Source: an uncultured Erysipelotrichaceae bacterium
GTDB taxonomy: Bacteria > Bacillota_I > Bacilli_A > RF39 > UBA660
Direction: 5' to 3'
DNA: 64,000 nucleotides
Assembly: GCA_948439995.1 (NCBI GenBank)
Contig: CAOJNP010000001.1
Span: forward strand, 394-64,393
The position numbers and the translations under genes were made by a program. Below, piece after piece: positions 52,816-62,596 of the stretch (position 1 is the first letter of the stretch; the number at the start of each line of letters is the position of its first letter). The notes under the pieces are model-generated. The model was not told the origin of the DNA, ran no database searches, and saw nothing but the letters and a program-made list of their open reading frames with translations.

Positions 52816-55302
52816 TCATTTTCCACAACAATTTTTGTACTTCTTACCAGAACCACAAGTACATAATTCATTGCGGCCTATTTTTTTATTGTTTTTAATT
52901 GTATGACCTATTTTTTCTTTTCCATCATTCGCATTTCCATTAATGACTTGTTTTCTTTCTAAATTTTGTTCAATTTCTGCTTTTAGTAAAAATATAGCTA
53001 TATTGTTATCAATTTTATTTAAAAGCTTTTCAAATAAATCAAATCCATCCATTGTATATGCTTGTAATGGATTAATTTGCCCATAACCTCTTAACATAAT
53101 TCCATCTTTTAAGTGTTCCATTTCATTTAAATGTTCTACCCATAAAGAATCTATTACTCGTAACATAATTGCTTTTTCAAATTCTTCAAAATTTGGAGCA
53201 TTTTTTATTTTTTCTTCATAATCATTATTTACTTCTTCTGTTAAATAATTGATTATTTCTTCCTCATTTTTTTCTTTAATATGGGAAACTTCAAGAGAAG
53301 ATCCTTTTATAAAATTAGCATTTACATATTCTATGATTTCTGATTTATCATTATCAGTTAAATATCCTTCTGGTGCAATATGGCTTTTTACTAAATCAGT
53401 TAAAGTATTTTTAAATGTTTCTATCACATTTTCATGAACACTTTCTTTTTCTAATATTTCATTTCTTTTATCATAAATGATCATTCTTTGCTCATTTACT
53501 ACATTATCGTAGTCTAATAAACTTTTTCTCATATCAAAGTTGTTACCTTCTACTTTTTTCTGAGCTGATTCAATGCTTCTTGATAAAGACTTAGAACGAA
53601 TTGCTTGATCGCCAACCATTCCTAATGCTTCTACCATTCTTTTTACTTTATCGGTTCCGAAACGACGCATTAATTCATCTTCAAAAGATACAAAGAATTG
53701 ACTCATTCCAGGATCTCCTTGACGACCTGCTCTTCCTCGTAACTGATTATCAATACGACGCGATTCATGACGTTCTGTACCTAAAACACATAATCCACCT
53801 AGCTCTTTTACACCTTCTCCAAGTTTAATATCGGTTCCACGTCCTGCCATATTTGTTGCAATTGTTATTGCTCCTTTTTCTCCTGCTTTTGCAATGATTT
53901 CTGCCTCACGAGCATGATTTTTAGCATTTAATATTTCATGTTTTAAACCAACTTTATTTAAAAGTTTACCTAAATATTCATTTGCTTCTACTGAAATAGT
54001 ACCTACTAAGATTGGTTGTCCAGTTTTATGAATTTCTTGAATCGTTTTTACGATAGCATCATATTTTCCTTTCATATTAGAATAAAGTAAGTCAGGCAAA
54101 TCTTCTCGAACTACTGGTTTATTAGTTGGTATTTGTATTACATACATATTATATATATTTCTAAATTCTTCTTCTTCAGTTTTTGCGGTACCTGTCATAC
54201 CTGATAATTTTTTATACATACGGAATAAATTTTGGAACGTAATCGTAGCCATTGTTCTTGTTTCTTCATTAATTTTTACGTTTTCTTTTGCTTCGATGGC
54301 TTGATGTAATCCTTCACTAAATTGTCTTCCTTGCATTAAACGTCCAGTAAACTGATCTACGATTATGACTTGATTATTATCTACAACATAATCTACATCT
54401 TTTTTAAAAGCATAATTTGCTTTTAAGGCTTGATTAATATGATGTACTAAAGCAGAATTATCTAAATCATATAGGTTTTTTAGATGAAAATATTTTTCAA
54501 TTTTTTCAACACCTTTTTCCGTTAATGAAACACTTTTTGTTTTAGCATCAAAATCATATTCTTCATTTTCTTGAAATCCCTTTACTGCTTGATCTGCATC
54601 CATATATAAATCTTTTGTATTTGATTTTCCTCCAGAAATAATGAGTGGAGTACGTGCTTCATCAATTAAAATAGAATCCACTTCATCAACAATACAAAAA
54701 TTTAATGGTCTTTGAACACGCTCACTTGATTGTACAACCATATTATCTCTTAAATAATCAAATCCAATTTCACTATTAGTAGAATACAAGATATCACAAT
54801 TATAAGCTTCTTGTTTTTCTTTTGGATTTAATTCTCTTAAATTTAGTCCAACAGTTAAGCCTAGAAATTGAAAAACATTACCCATCCATTCGGAATCACG
54901 TTTCGCTAAAAATTCATTAACTGTTACAATATGTACTCCTTCTTCTGTTAATGCATTTAAATATGCTGGCATTGTTTCTGTTAAAGTTTTTCCTTCTCCT
55001 GTTTTCATTTCTGCAATGTTACCAAAATGAATTGCTAAACCACCTAAAATTTGTACATAATAAGGCATTTCTCCAACCACTCTTCGGTCAGCTTCTCTTA
55101 CAACTGCATATGCTTCTACAACAATATCATCTAAAGTTGCACCATTTTTTAACTTTTCCTTAAATTCCATTGTTTTGTTTTTTAAATCCTCATCGGATAA
55201 TTGTTTCATTTGTTCTTCTAAGTTAACAATTTCATTTGCTAACCCTTCAAAGCGTTTTAGTTCTTTATATTCTGAATCTATTAATTTTCTAAAAAATCCC
55301 AT
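52816..55302 (-). CDS. secA: Preprotein translocase ATPase SecA
   Basis: DEAD-like motor, C-terminal zinc finger [13 protein letters not shown]. Confidence 0.9.
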   Translation of the reverse strand: MGFFRKLIDSEYKELKRFEGLANEIVNLEEQMKQLSDEDLKNKTMEFKEKLKNGATLDDIVVEAYAVVREADRRVVGEMPYYVQILGGLAIHFGNIAEMKTGEGKTLTETMPAYLNALTEEGVHIVTVNEFLAKRDSEWMGNVFQFLGLTVGLNLRELNPKEKQEAYNCDILYSTNSEIGFDYLRDNMVVQSSERVQRPLNFCIVDEVDSILIDEARTPLIISGGKSNTKDLYMDADQAVKGFQENEEYDFDAKTKSVSLTEKGVEKIEKYFHLKNLYDLDNSALVHHINQALKANYAFKKDVDYVVDNNQVIIVDQFTGRLMQGRQFSEGLHQAIEAKENVKINEETRTMATITFQNLFRMYKKLSGMTGTAKTEEEEFRNIYNMYVIQIPTNKPVVREDLPDLLYSNMKGKYDAIVKTIQEIHKTGQPILVGTISVEANEYLGKLLNKVGLKHEILNAKNHAREAEIIAKAGEKGAITIATNMAGRGTDIKLGEGVKELGGLCVLGTERHESRRIDNQLRGRAGRQGDPGMSQFFVSFEDELMRRFGTDKVKRMVEALGMVGDQAIRSKSLSRSIESAQKKVEGNNFDMRKSLLDYDNVVNEQRMIIYDKRNEILEKESVHENVIETFKNTLTDLVKSHIAPEGYLTDNDKSEIIEYVNANFIKGSSLEVSHIKEKNEEEIINYLTEEVNNDYEEKIKNAPNFEEFEKAIMLRVIDSLWVEHLNEMEHLKDGIMLRGYGQINPLQAYTMDGFDLFEKLLNKIDNNIAIFLLKAEIEQNLERKQVINGNANDGKEKIGHTIKNNKKIGRNELCTCGSGKKYKNCCGK

Positions 55303-55401
55303 AGTTCTTGCCTCCTAAGTAGTATTTTACCATAATATTTTAGAAAGAGGGTAATTATTCATTTAAATTTACTTTTTTCGTGAAAAAAAGAGCAAATCGC
55401 T

Positions 55402-55932
55402 CTATTTTGTATTAATAATACCGTAGGTATCTCCTTTTCGTTTATAAATAACAGAAATACAGTCTTCTTCTTCATTTTGAAATACAAAGAAATCATGTCC
55501 TAAAAGTTCCATTTGTAAAATTGCTTCTTCTTCGTCCATTGGTTTCATTTCTAGCTCTTTTCTTTTTACAATTTTTTTCTCTTCAATTTCTTGTTCTGAA
55601 ACTTCAAAATTCATATTCATTCCTGATATTTCAGTCTTTAATTTTCGATTTAATCTTGTCTTATTTTTTCTTATTTGTCTTTCTAATTTATCAACATTTG
55701 TATTGATTGCAGCATACAAATCTTCATGGGTTTCTTCTGCTCTTAAAGTAAATCTTTTTGTAGGAATTGTTACTTCAATCGTTTGACTTAATCCGTTTAT
55801 GCAAATTTTTACATAAGCTGTGATTTCATTTGGAGATTCAAAATAAGGATCCAACTTTTTTAATTTTTCTTTAATTGCACTTTCTATGGCATCGGTTATT
55901 TTTATTTTTTCTCCTCTGATATTTAATATCAT
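55402..55932 (-). CDS. hpf: Ribosome hibernation promoting factor (long HPF)
   Basis: RaiA/HPF N-domain MILNIRGEKIKITDAIESAIKEKL plus C-terminal dimerisation domain. Confidence 0.8.
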   Translation of the reverse strand: MILNIRGEKIKITDAIESAIKEKLKKLDPYFESPNEITAYVKICINGLSQTIEVTIPTKRFTLRAEETHEDLYAAINTNVDKLERQIRKNKTRLNRKLKTEISGMNMNFEVSEQEIEEKKIVKRKELEMKPMDEEEAILQMELLGHDFFVFQNEEEDCISVIYKRKGDTYGIINTK

Positions 55933-55985
55933 TTTATCACCTTCCTTATTATTATAATAACAAAAATTTCATAAAAAAACTACTG

Positions 55986-56204
55986 TTATTCCACAGTAGT
56001 CATTTCCACTTCTGTAACGTCTACGGCTTGTAGGCCTTTTGAAGTTTCAATTAATTTAAAATCTACGAATTCGCCTTCTTTTAAAGTTTTATATCCTTCT
56101 TTTACAATAGCTGAATAATGTACAAAGATGTCTTCTAAATTATCATATTCAATAAATCCATATCCTTTAACATTATTGAACCATTTCACTTTACTGCGCA
56201 ACAT
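55986..56204 (-). CDS. Cold-shock protein CspA family
   Basis: KVKWFNNVKGYGFI RNP-1 motif; start at ATG 56204 after AAGGAGAGG; ORF-track start was GTG inside the RBS. Confidence 0.8.
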   Translation of the reverse strand: MLRSKVKWFNNVKGYGFIEYDNLEDIFVHYSAIVKEGYKTLKEGEFVDFKLIETSKGLQAVDVTEVEMTTVE

Positions 56205-56520
56205 TAACACCTCTCCTTCTTACTCTTATTTACTGCTGATACTACCTTACCATGAATTTTTTATTTCTGACAACAGGAATCAGTCGACATTTTTTTCTAA
56301 TATCCATATAAACTCATGACCTATTCAATATATAATAAAAATTTTTTAGTTTTTTATACTTTGTTCCAAATATGCGAAAATATGTCTCAAATTTTATTTT
56401 GGAAATATTTTTTGGATCAAAAAGCTATTTCATTTTTATATTTTTATTCTTAAGACAAAAACTAATCAAAATTTAATAATTTCCATTATAATGCATGTGG
56501 GTTAAGGAAAGGTTATATAA

Positions 56521-57135
56521 ATGAAAAGAAATTTTATTGAAAAATGCTATCAATTTATTTCAAAGTATCAAACTTGTGATGAATTGCAAGCAAAAAAAAT
56601 AAAATATGGTTTAGAAGGTATTTATAACGTATTAACGAAAGTAATTGTTATGGCAATTATTACTATAATATTAGGAATTTGGAAAAGTTATATTTTGTTA
56701 ATCATATTTTATGCTTTAGCAAGAAGGTATGCTTATGGACTTCATTCAAAAAGTTCTATTACTTGTTGGATTTTAACTCTTACCATTTATATTTTTGGAA
56801 GTTATTTTATCCATTATGCTCATCTTCAAAACTATATAATATATTTTATATGGTGCTTTAGTTTTCTTTCTTTCTTATTATGGGCTCCTGCCGATACCCC
56901 AAAGAGACCTTTGATTCATAAAGAAAAAAGAAGAATACAAAAAATAAAATCTTGTATCATATGTTTGATATATTTAGGACTTATTTTTTTATTTCAAAAT
57001 TGCTTTATCAACAATGCTATTATTTATAGCTTATTTGTACAATCTTTATGTATTAATCCTCTACTTTATAAAATCACGAATACACCTTTTGATAATTATA
57101 AAACATATTGTAAAAATCATGGTTTAAATTTTTAA
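56521..57135 (+). CDS. agrB: Accessory gene regulator B (AgrD-processing membrane peptidase)
   Basis: ARRYAYGLHSKSSITCW aligns to S. aureus AgrB IRRHAHGAHAPSSFWCY (catalytic His and Cys 7 residues apart); WAPADTPKRP vs YAPAATKKKP; 4-6 TM. Confidence 0.8.
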   Translation: MKRNFIEKCYQFISKYQTCDELQAKKIKYGLEGIYNVLTKVIVMAIITIILGIWKSYILLIIFYALARRYAYGLHSKSSITCWILTLTIYIFGSYFIHYAHLQNYIIYFIWCFSFLSFLLWAPADTPKRPLIHKEKRRIQKIKSCIICLIYLGLIFLFQNCFINNAIIYSLFVQSLCINPLLYKITNTPFDNYKTYCKNHGLNF

Positions 57136-57173
57136 TATAGATTTAAACAAAAAAGAAAAAAAGGAGGGAATTG

Positions 57174-57291
57174 AATGAACACTTTAGCAAATATTCTATC
57201 TTCTACTGCTACGAATTTAGCTAATACTAGTACTTCAGCTTGTGCAGGTTTCATCTTTGAAGAACCAGTTTGTCCTGAAGAAATTTTATAA
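57174..57291 (+). CDS. agrD: AgrD-like autoinducing peptide precursor, apparently frameshifted
   Basis: RBS AAAGGAGGG then ATG 57174. Frame 0 reads MNTLANILSSTATNLANTSTSALCRFHL and stops at TGA 57258-57260. The +1 frame from 57241 reads CAGFIFEEPVCPEEIL, an AgrD-type C-terminal recognition tail. Deleting one T in the run 57239-57241 fuses them into a 38-aa canonical AgrD. Confidence 0.5.
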
Positions 57292-57292
57292 T

Positions 57293-57328
57293 AAAAAAAA
57301 GAGATCAAGGCCATATGATCTTTTTTTA
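57293..57328. terminator. Bidirectional terminator between convergent agrD and agrC
   Basis: A-run, AGATCA/TGATCT stem with 7-nt loop (AGGCCAT), then T-run overlapping the agrC stop. Confidence 0.45.
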
Positions 57329-58588
57329 ATCTAATTTTTTATTAATAATAATTTCATTAATGAATAAATCATTTATGATAGAAGTCTTTACTTTCACTTT
57401 TTTCCTGCCAATGATAGAAAATAATCCTATTCCATGACCTGATTTTTTAGTTGTATATTTCATAGTACCTAATTTATCGATGTCTAATAATTCTGAAAAT
57501 GTATTAATAATTTTAATTCGATAAGAATTTTCTGTTTCTCTCATATCTATCATAATAATTTTATCTTTTGTTTTTAAAGTAGCTTGTAAAGCATTATCTA
57601 AAAGTACACCTAAAGCTTCACACAAAAGATTATAACGTCTAGGAGATAAATGATCAAATACATTAGTTTCAATTATATTGTCTACTCCTAATTTTAAATT
57701 TGGTTCATTACAATCATAAATTTTTTCATATACAATTCTACTAATACCAATTGGGAGTTTTTGCATTTTATGGGAACATTTATTATTTTCATTATAAGAT
57801 TTTATTAAATCTTCAATTAATTGAATTGATTTTTTATTTGAAACACTTTTTATGCCATTTAACTGATGAATTATGTTATGTTTTAAAATATGATAATCAT
57901 CTACTATAGTTATATAAAATTCATTACTTTTTATTAAATGGTCATTAGTTTCTTTTAATGAATAGTTATTATATTCACAATTAATGTATATAATTATCAA
58001 GATCAAAACTGAAATCAATAAAACATAAAGACTAATATTTGAATTAACGATATTTTTTTCTACAACACTAAAATATAATGCGTATCCTAAAGAACATAAA
58101 ATGGTAATTAAAAGTATTAAGCGAAAATAAGGAAATTTTACTCGTGATATTTTTTTATATAAAGATTTAAACCAACGATGTAATTTTTTATTTCTTAATA
58201 TAAAAATTAAAATAATATCTAAGAAAATAGTGTATATTGATCGAATCATAAGTAAAGATAAATATGGAATAAATTTGGAACAAATCATTGCAAGAATATC
58301 AATAATTAATCCAAAGCTCCATAACACAATGCCATAATAAGTTGTTTCTTTTCGATTTCTACGATAGATCAAAAAATATAGTATAAAGTAAAAGCAGAAT
58401 GATGTAATTGTATTTAAAGTATCTAAATGATAATAATTTTCAAATGTCATAATTATTGCAAAAAATGGTATACAAAGTGCATATAGTTTATAAATTTTTG
58501 TTTTATGATCTGTTATTAATTTAAAACCATAAGTTAACGTACTTAATATTGAACAACTAGCAAAATAATAAAAAATATGATCAATCAT
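57326..58588 (-). CDS. agrC: AgrC-like membrane histidine kinase (HPK10 family)
   Basis: 6-7 N-terminal TM helices, H-box HNIIHQLNG, GHKL ATPase with GHGIGL; overlaps agrA by 8 nt. Confidence 0.75.
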   Translation of the reverse strand: MIDHIFYYFASCSILSTLTYGFKLITDHKTKIYKLYALCIPFFAIIMTFENYYHLDTLNTITSFCFYFILYFLIYRRNRKETTYYGIVLWSFGLIIDILAMICSKFIPYLSLLMIRSIYTIFLDIILIFILRNKKLHRWFKSLYKKISRVKFPYFRLILLITILCSLGYALYFSVVEKNIVNSNISLYVLLISVLILIIIYINCEYNNYSLKETNDHLIKSNEFYITIVDDYHILKHNIIHQLNGIKSVSNKKSIQLIEDLIKSYNENNKCSHKMQKLPIGISRIVYEKIYDCNEPNLKLGVDNIIETNVFDHLSPRRYNLLCEALGVLLDNALQATLKTKDKIIMIDMRETENSYRIKIINTFSELLDIDKLGTMKYTTKKSGHGIGLFSIIGRKKVKVKTSIINDLFINEIIINKKLD

Positions 58589-59294
58589 TTATTTCTACCT
58601 CCTTTTTGTATTTCTTTGATAAGTATTCTACTTTTTCACCACTATCTAAAATATAAAAGCCTTTCGTCCAATTCCATTGATGTACTCTTTGACGATTCGT
58701 AATACAACTTCTATGAGTTTGAATAAATCTATTATCTAACAATTCGGTTACATCACTTAAATTCATATTTAATTTAAATGTATTTTTATCTGTATGAATT
58801 ATAATTTTTCTTTCTTCTTTATCTCTTGTAATATAGGTAATGGCACGATAATAAATTTGTAGATCCACATTACGATTTGTTACTTTAAACATTTTATTAT
58901 CAAACTTTCTTTGAAAAATCAATTCTATATTTTCTTCTAGTCTTTTTTCCATATCATGAAATTTTTCAATGAAGTTAAAAACTTTTAAGACATCTCGATG
59001 AACTGTTTCAAACATTTTATCATGACAAGTTATAAATATAATTTCACTTTCCCAATCTTCTTTTCTAACTAGCTTAGCAATTTCGATTCCACTCATTTTC
59101 GTTTCTAATTCTATATCCATAATATATACTTTTCTGACAGAATTATCTTCTATTATATTTTTTAGTTCTTTATTAAACTTGGTAAAATATTTTACTTTTA
59201 TATTCTTATCTTTTTTTATCACAGTTCTTCTTAAAACTTCTTTAATTAATTCTTGTGTTTTAGTATCGTCTTCCACTACTACAAAGCTAATCAT
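58581..59294 (-). CDS. agrA: AgrA-like LytTR-family response regulator
   Basis: REC domain (YIMDIELETKMSGIEIAKLVRKEDWESEIIFITCH resembles AgrA YFLDIQLSTDINGIKLGSEIRKHD...IIFVTSH) plus C-terminal LytTR DNA-binding domain. Confidence 0.8.
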   Translation of the reverse strand: MISFVVVEDDTKTQELIKEVLRRTVIKKDKNIKVKYFTKFNKELKNIIEDNSVRKVYIMDIELETKMSGIEIAKLVRKEDWESEIIFITCHDKMFETVHRDVLKVFNFIEKFHDMEKRLEENIELIFQRKFDNKMFKVTNRNVDLQIYYRAITYITRDKEERKIIIHTDKNTFKLNMNLSDVTELLDNRFIQTHRSCITNRQRVHQWNWTKGFYILDSGEKVEYLSKKYKKEVEIND

Positions 59295-59378
59295 TTTATC
59301 ATTCCCTTTCTTTTATTCTTTGTTTACCATTTGCAATTATATCTTAGAAATTAGAACTAATCAATAAAAAAGCACAAT

Positions 59379-60005
59379 TTATATCAAATTGTGTCGGATT
59401 ATATGAGATAATAAATAATACTTAGGATTTTCAAAATATAATACAATTTTATTAGTTTGACTTTCGATTTTTTTACAATACTGATTTATTTCACTACTGT
59501 TTCCAAATAGAAATATTTTTTTTATGTTTTTATTCATATCTAAAAACATTTTTAACTGTTCTATGAAATTAATTCCTAAATAATTATCTTGTAATAATTT
59601 AGTTTCTTTTTGATGCTTTGTTAAATATGTTAAATATGCATATTCTTGATTTAAATTTAACCACAATACATTTTTTTTCAAATTATAGCAACTGGTTTCT
59701 TTGATAAATTTCATTTTATGTAGAGATAAATTATCAAATATGATTTTCCATATTTCTTTATCTATTTCATTAAAGTTTGGAGGAATGATAATATATAAAT
59801 TATTTTTTTGAAACTTTTTCAGAATTTGATATTTTTTTAAAAATAAACGAAATTCACGTAAAAATTTTGGGTAATTTATTATTTTTCCATGTTCTACTAC
59901 TTTTTTTGGTAATATGTATTCAAAAAATTGCTCTGTTTTTTTTTGATAAAATTCTATTTTATTATCTGCTATGTATAAATAATTATCATTTTGCATTCTT
60001 ATCAC
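59379..60005 (-). CDS. Hypothetical protein
   Basis: 208-aa ORF overlapping spoIIID stop by 4 nt, occupying the position where mbl/mreB follows spoIIID in many Firmicutes; no recognisable motif. Confidence 0.3.
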   Translation of the reverse strand: MIRMQNDNYLYIADNKIEFYQKKTEQFFEYILPKKVVEHGKIINYPKFLREFRLFLKKYQILKKFQKNNLYIIIPPNFNEIDKEIWKIIFDNLSLHKMKFIKETSCYNLKKNVLWLNLNQEYAYLTYLTKHQKETKLLQDNYLGINFIEQLKMFLDMNKNIKKIFLFGNSSEINQYCKKIESQTNKIVLYFENPKYYLLSHIIRHNLI

Positions 60006-60253
60006 ACTCGTTTTAAGTTTTGGTATTTTTGCTTTGTTTTTTCTCCACCTTTAATATGTTTTTCTTTTTGATGTTTTGTAAAGATTGATTCAATTTGCTT
60101 CCATTTTATTAGATCAATCTTTTTTAATCTTATTTTTAAATCTTGATAAATTGAACTTTTACTTCTTTGAAAAAGAAGTGAAGCACTTCTTATTGTTTCA
60201 TTTTTTTTTATAATAAAATCTGCTTCTTTTAATATATCTTCTTTTTTTAACAT
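60002..60253 (-). CDS. spoIIID: Sporulation transcriptional regulator SpoIIID
   Basis: IRSASLLFQRSKSSIYQDLKIRL HTH and HQKEKHIKGGEKTKQKYQN aligning to B. subtilis SpoIIID VRVIAKEFGVSKSTVHKDLTERL and HKSIRHLRGGEATKLKYKK. Confidence 0.8.
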   Translation of the reverse strand: MLKKEDILKEADFIIKKNETIRSASLLFQRSKSSIYQDLKIRLKKIDLIKWKQIESIFTKHQKEKHIKGGEKTKQKYQNLKRV

Positions 60254-60306
60254 ATTGAAATAATCCCCTATTAAATTTATATTATAATAAGAGATTATTC
60301 ATGAAA

Positions 60307-60948
60307 TTATTTTAAATCTTCTAAACTCATTTCTAGAAATTCAATTGGATCAATTAAATTACCATTCACATAAACTTCAAATAATAAACAGTTATCTTTT
60401 TCATTTTCCAACTTATTTTTTCCACTTGTTCCAATAACATCTCCTACTTTTACAGTATCTCCTGCTTTTATTTTTACGTTATTCAAACTGTAATAAGTAG
60501 TGGTAACTTTTGTATTGTATTCTATAATTACTACTGTTCCTAAAATCTCATCATCTTTGATTTCTTTTACTGTTCCATCTACACTTGCTAAGACTTCAAA
60601 TGATTCATCACTTGAATATAATAATCCTGTATTCTGCATGTAAGTATTTTCATAATAGATTAAAGATTTTTGTTGATTCGTTACCTCATCTTCTTTTTTA
60701 TAAAATGATTTACTGATTTCTACATTTTCTTTGTTATATGGTTTCATTGGTTTATCAGGAACTGGATTTACTACAACCATATCATTTTCTGTTTGATTCA
60801 CTTCTTGAATCACGGTTTTTTCTTCCTTTTGTTGTGGAGCTTCATAAGTTAAACTATTGTTTAAAAAATAAACTGTTAAAAATACAAATACGACTACTAA
60901 TCCGTATATGCTTGGTAATACATATCCTTTTAATTTTCTTCTTTTCAT
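60307..60948 (-). CDS. spoIIQ: SpoIIQ-like membrane protein with degenerate LytM domain
   Basis: N-terminal TM; M23 fold retained but all His zinc ligands replaced (SSD, IIEY, YYSL, LLFEV in place of HxxxD, iidH, YaHl, HLHFEV); sits between spoIID and spoIIID as in Clostridia. Confidence 0.5.
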   Translation of the reverse strand: MKRRKLKGYVLPSIYGLVVVFVFLTVYFLNNSLTYEAPQQKEEKTVIQEVNQTENDMVVVNPVPDKPMKPYNKENVEISKSFYKKEDEVTNQQKSLIYYENTYMQNTGLLYSSDESFEVLASVDGTVKEIKDDEILGTVVIIEYNTKVTTTYYSLNNVKIKAGDTVKVGDVIGTSGKNKLENEKDNCLLFEVYVNGNLIDPIEFLEMSLEDLK

Positions 60949-60998
60949 GATTTCACCTTCCTACTTCTAGTGTGATCATGATTTCCAATTTTATACAG

Positions 60999-61943
60999 CT
61001 ATATTTTTGAAATTTCAATATTTTGATAATAATGTTCTAAAATTTCTTCATATGGATATCCCTCTTTAGCCATTCCATTTGCTCCATATTGACTCATTCC
61101 AACTCCATGGCCTGATCCTCTGGTTGTAATGGATATTTTATCTTCAATATCAATATCAAAATCAGTAGATCTTAATTTTAATAGCGTTCTTATCTGAACT
61201 CCTGTAAACTCTTTTTCATTAATTACAATTTTTCTTACTCTTTTAGAATCAGTTCTTTCTATTGAACCAATTTTAATTTCATCACAATTAATTTCTAATT
61301 TATTACAAAATTCTTCTTTCTCAAATTGTGTTATCACTTCATAATTGTTTAGCGATTTATTATCCCAAGCAGATTCAACACTTTCTATATAGGGAAGAGC
61401 TTGTTGAAATACTAATTCACATTTTTCAGTGTATCCATTGCTCATTGAAAAATAAAAGGATTCAATCACTTGATCTTGATAAGTCAAAATTTCATTTTTT
61501 GTTTCAGAAACAGCTTGCTGAATTTTTAAAAAATTTTCATTAAATTTATCTGCCCATTTTTTTTGCATTTCTTCTAAAGTATTAAATGCCTGGTCACTTA
61601 CTCCTTTTACAACATCATATTCTTTATTGCTATGTTCTTTTTTATATAATGCAAAAGTTCTTGCAGCTACTGCTTGTGCTTTTAATGCTTCTAATTCAAA
61701 TGAGACAGGCATTTCTGCCGCTACTACTCCAATTATATAGTCTTCCATATTCATCGTTGTAATTTCATCTGTTTCTTGATTATATACTTTGATTTGATAA
61801 ACTTCATTTTCTTGTATGCTTTCTTCTTTTTTTTCTTCCTTTTTTTCATCATAAGAAAAGTTAGTTTCTTTTTTAAAACTAACTACTCCAATTAATATTA
61901 TACTTAATACTACGACAACTCCACATAGAATTTTATTTTTCAT
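60999..61943 (-). CDS. spoIID: Stage II sporulation protein D (lytic transglycosylase)
   Basis: SpoIID/LytB motifs EALKAQAVAARTFAL, YFSMSNGYTE, GHGVGMSQYGA. Confidence 0.85.
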   Translation of the reverse strand: MKNKILCGVVVVLSIILIGVVSFKKETNFSYDEKKEEKKEESIQENEVYQIKVYNQETDEITTMNMEDYIIGVVAAEMPVSFELEALKAQAVAARTFALYKKEHSNKEYDVVKGVSDQAFNTLEEMQKKWADKFNENFLKIQQAVSETKNEILTYQDQVIESFYFSMSNGYTEKCELVFQQALPYIESVESAWDNKSLNNYEVITQFEKEEFCNKLEINCDEIKIGSIERTDSKRVRKIVINEKEFTGVQIRTLLKLRSTDFDIDIEDKISITTRGSGHGVGMSQYGANGMAKEGYPYEEILEHYYQNIEISKI

Positions 61944-61956
61944 AGTATTTTGTCTC

Positions 61957-62172
61957 CTATATAATTTTGGTTAAAGAAAAGAAGTCAAAAACAAAATTTG
62001 TTAATAAGTATCCCATAATTAAACTAATTATAATAACAAAAAGTCTAGCTTCTAATATTTTATTTTTTTTCATGATGGAATCAAAATTAATTCCTGTTAA
62101 AGTATATGCACTAAGCATAACAAAAAAGACATAAAAATATATTTTAATATTCATGATATTTCCCATTTTCAT
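61957..62172 (-). CDS. Possible small two-TM membrane protein
   Basis: 71-aa ORF with two hydrophobic helices; overlaps rpiB start; may be spurious. Confidence 0.2.
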   Translation of the reverse strand: MKMGNIMNIKIYFYVFFVMLSAYTLTGINFDSIMKKNKILEARLFVIIISLIMGYLLTNFVFDFFSLTKII

Positions 62173-62596
62173 AATCGATTATTTTTTGAATTCTTTTTAA
62201 ATGTCTTTCTTCAAAAGCTGGTTTCGTACAAATAAAAACATCAATAATACCTTTGGCTTCTTCTAATGGAATACCTCCAAAAGAAATCATGTTGACTCCA
62301 TTGTGGTTTTTAGCTTTAAATGCATCATCACTATTGATTACTCTGGCACAGCGAATTCCTTTTACTTTGTTTGCAGCAATTCCGATACCTATGCCATTTC
62401 CACAAATTAAAATTCCAAGAGCATTTTTACTTCGATTTACCTTTTCCGCAACATCAAACGCGAAATCTGGATAATCATCTGTTTCACAATTTTCTACTTT
62501 CGATAATTCTACATCATATCCTTCTTCTTTTAAATAAGATGCTAATTTTTCTTTTAAATCAATACCACGATGGTCAGCTCCAATAATTATTTTCAT
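62144..62596 (-). CDS. rpiB: Ribose-5-phosphate isomerase B / LacAB-family sugar-phosphate isomerase
   Basis: MKIIIGADHRG and CGNGIGIGIAANK motifs. Confidence 0.8.
   Translation of the reverse strand: MKIIIGADHRGIDLKEKLASYLKEEGYDVELSKVENCETDDYPDFAFDVAEKVNRSKNALGILICGNGIGIGIAANKVKGIRCARVINSDDAFKAKNHNGVNMISFGGIPLEEAKGIIDVFICTKPAFEERHLKRIQKIIDYENGKYHEY

Noticed and set aside
57132-57314. 60-aa minus-strand ORF overlapping the agrD region
   Set aside because: Antisense to the RBS-preceded AgrD-like peptide gene and spans the bidirectional terminator; no RBS
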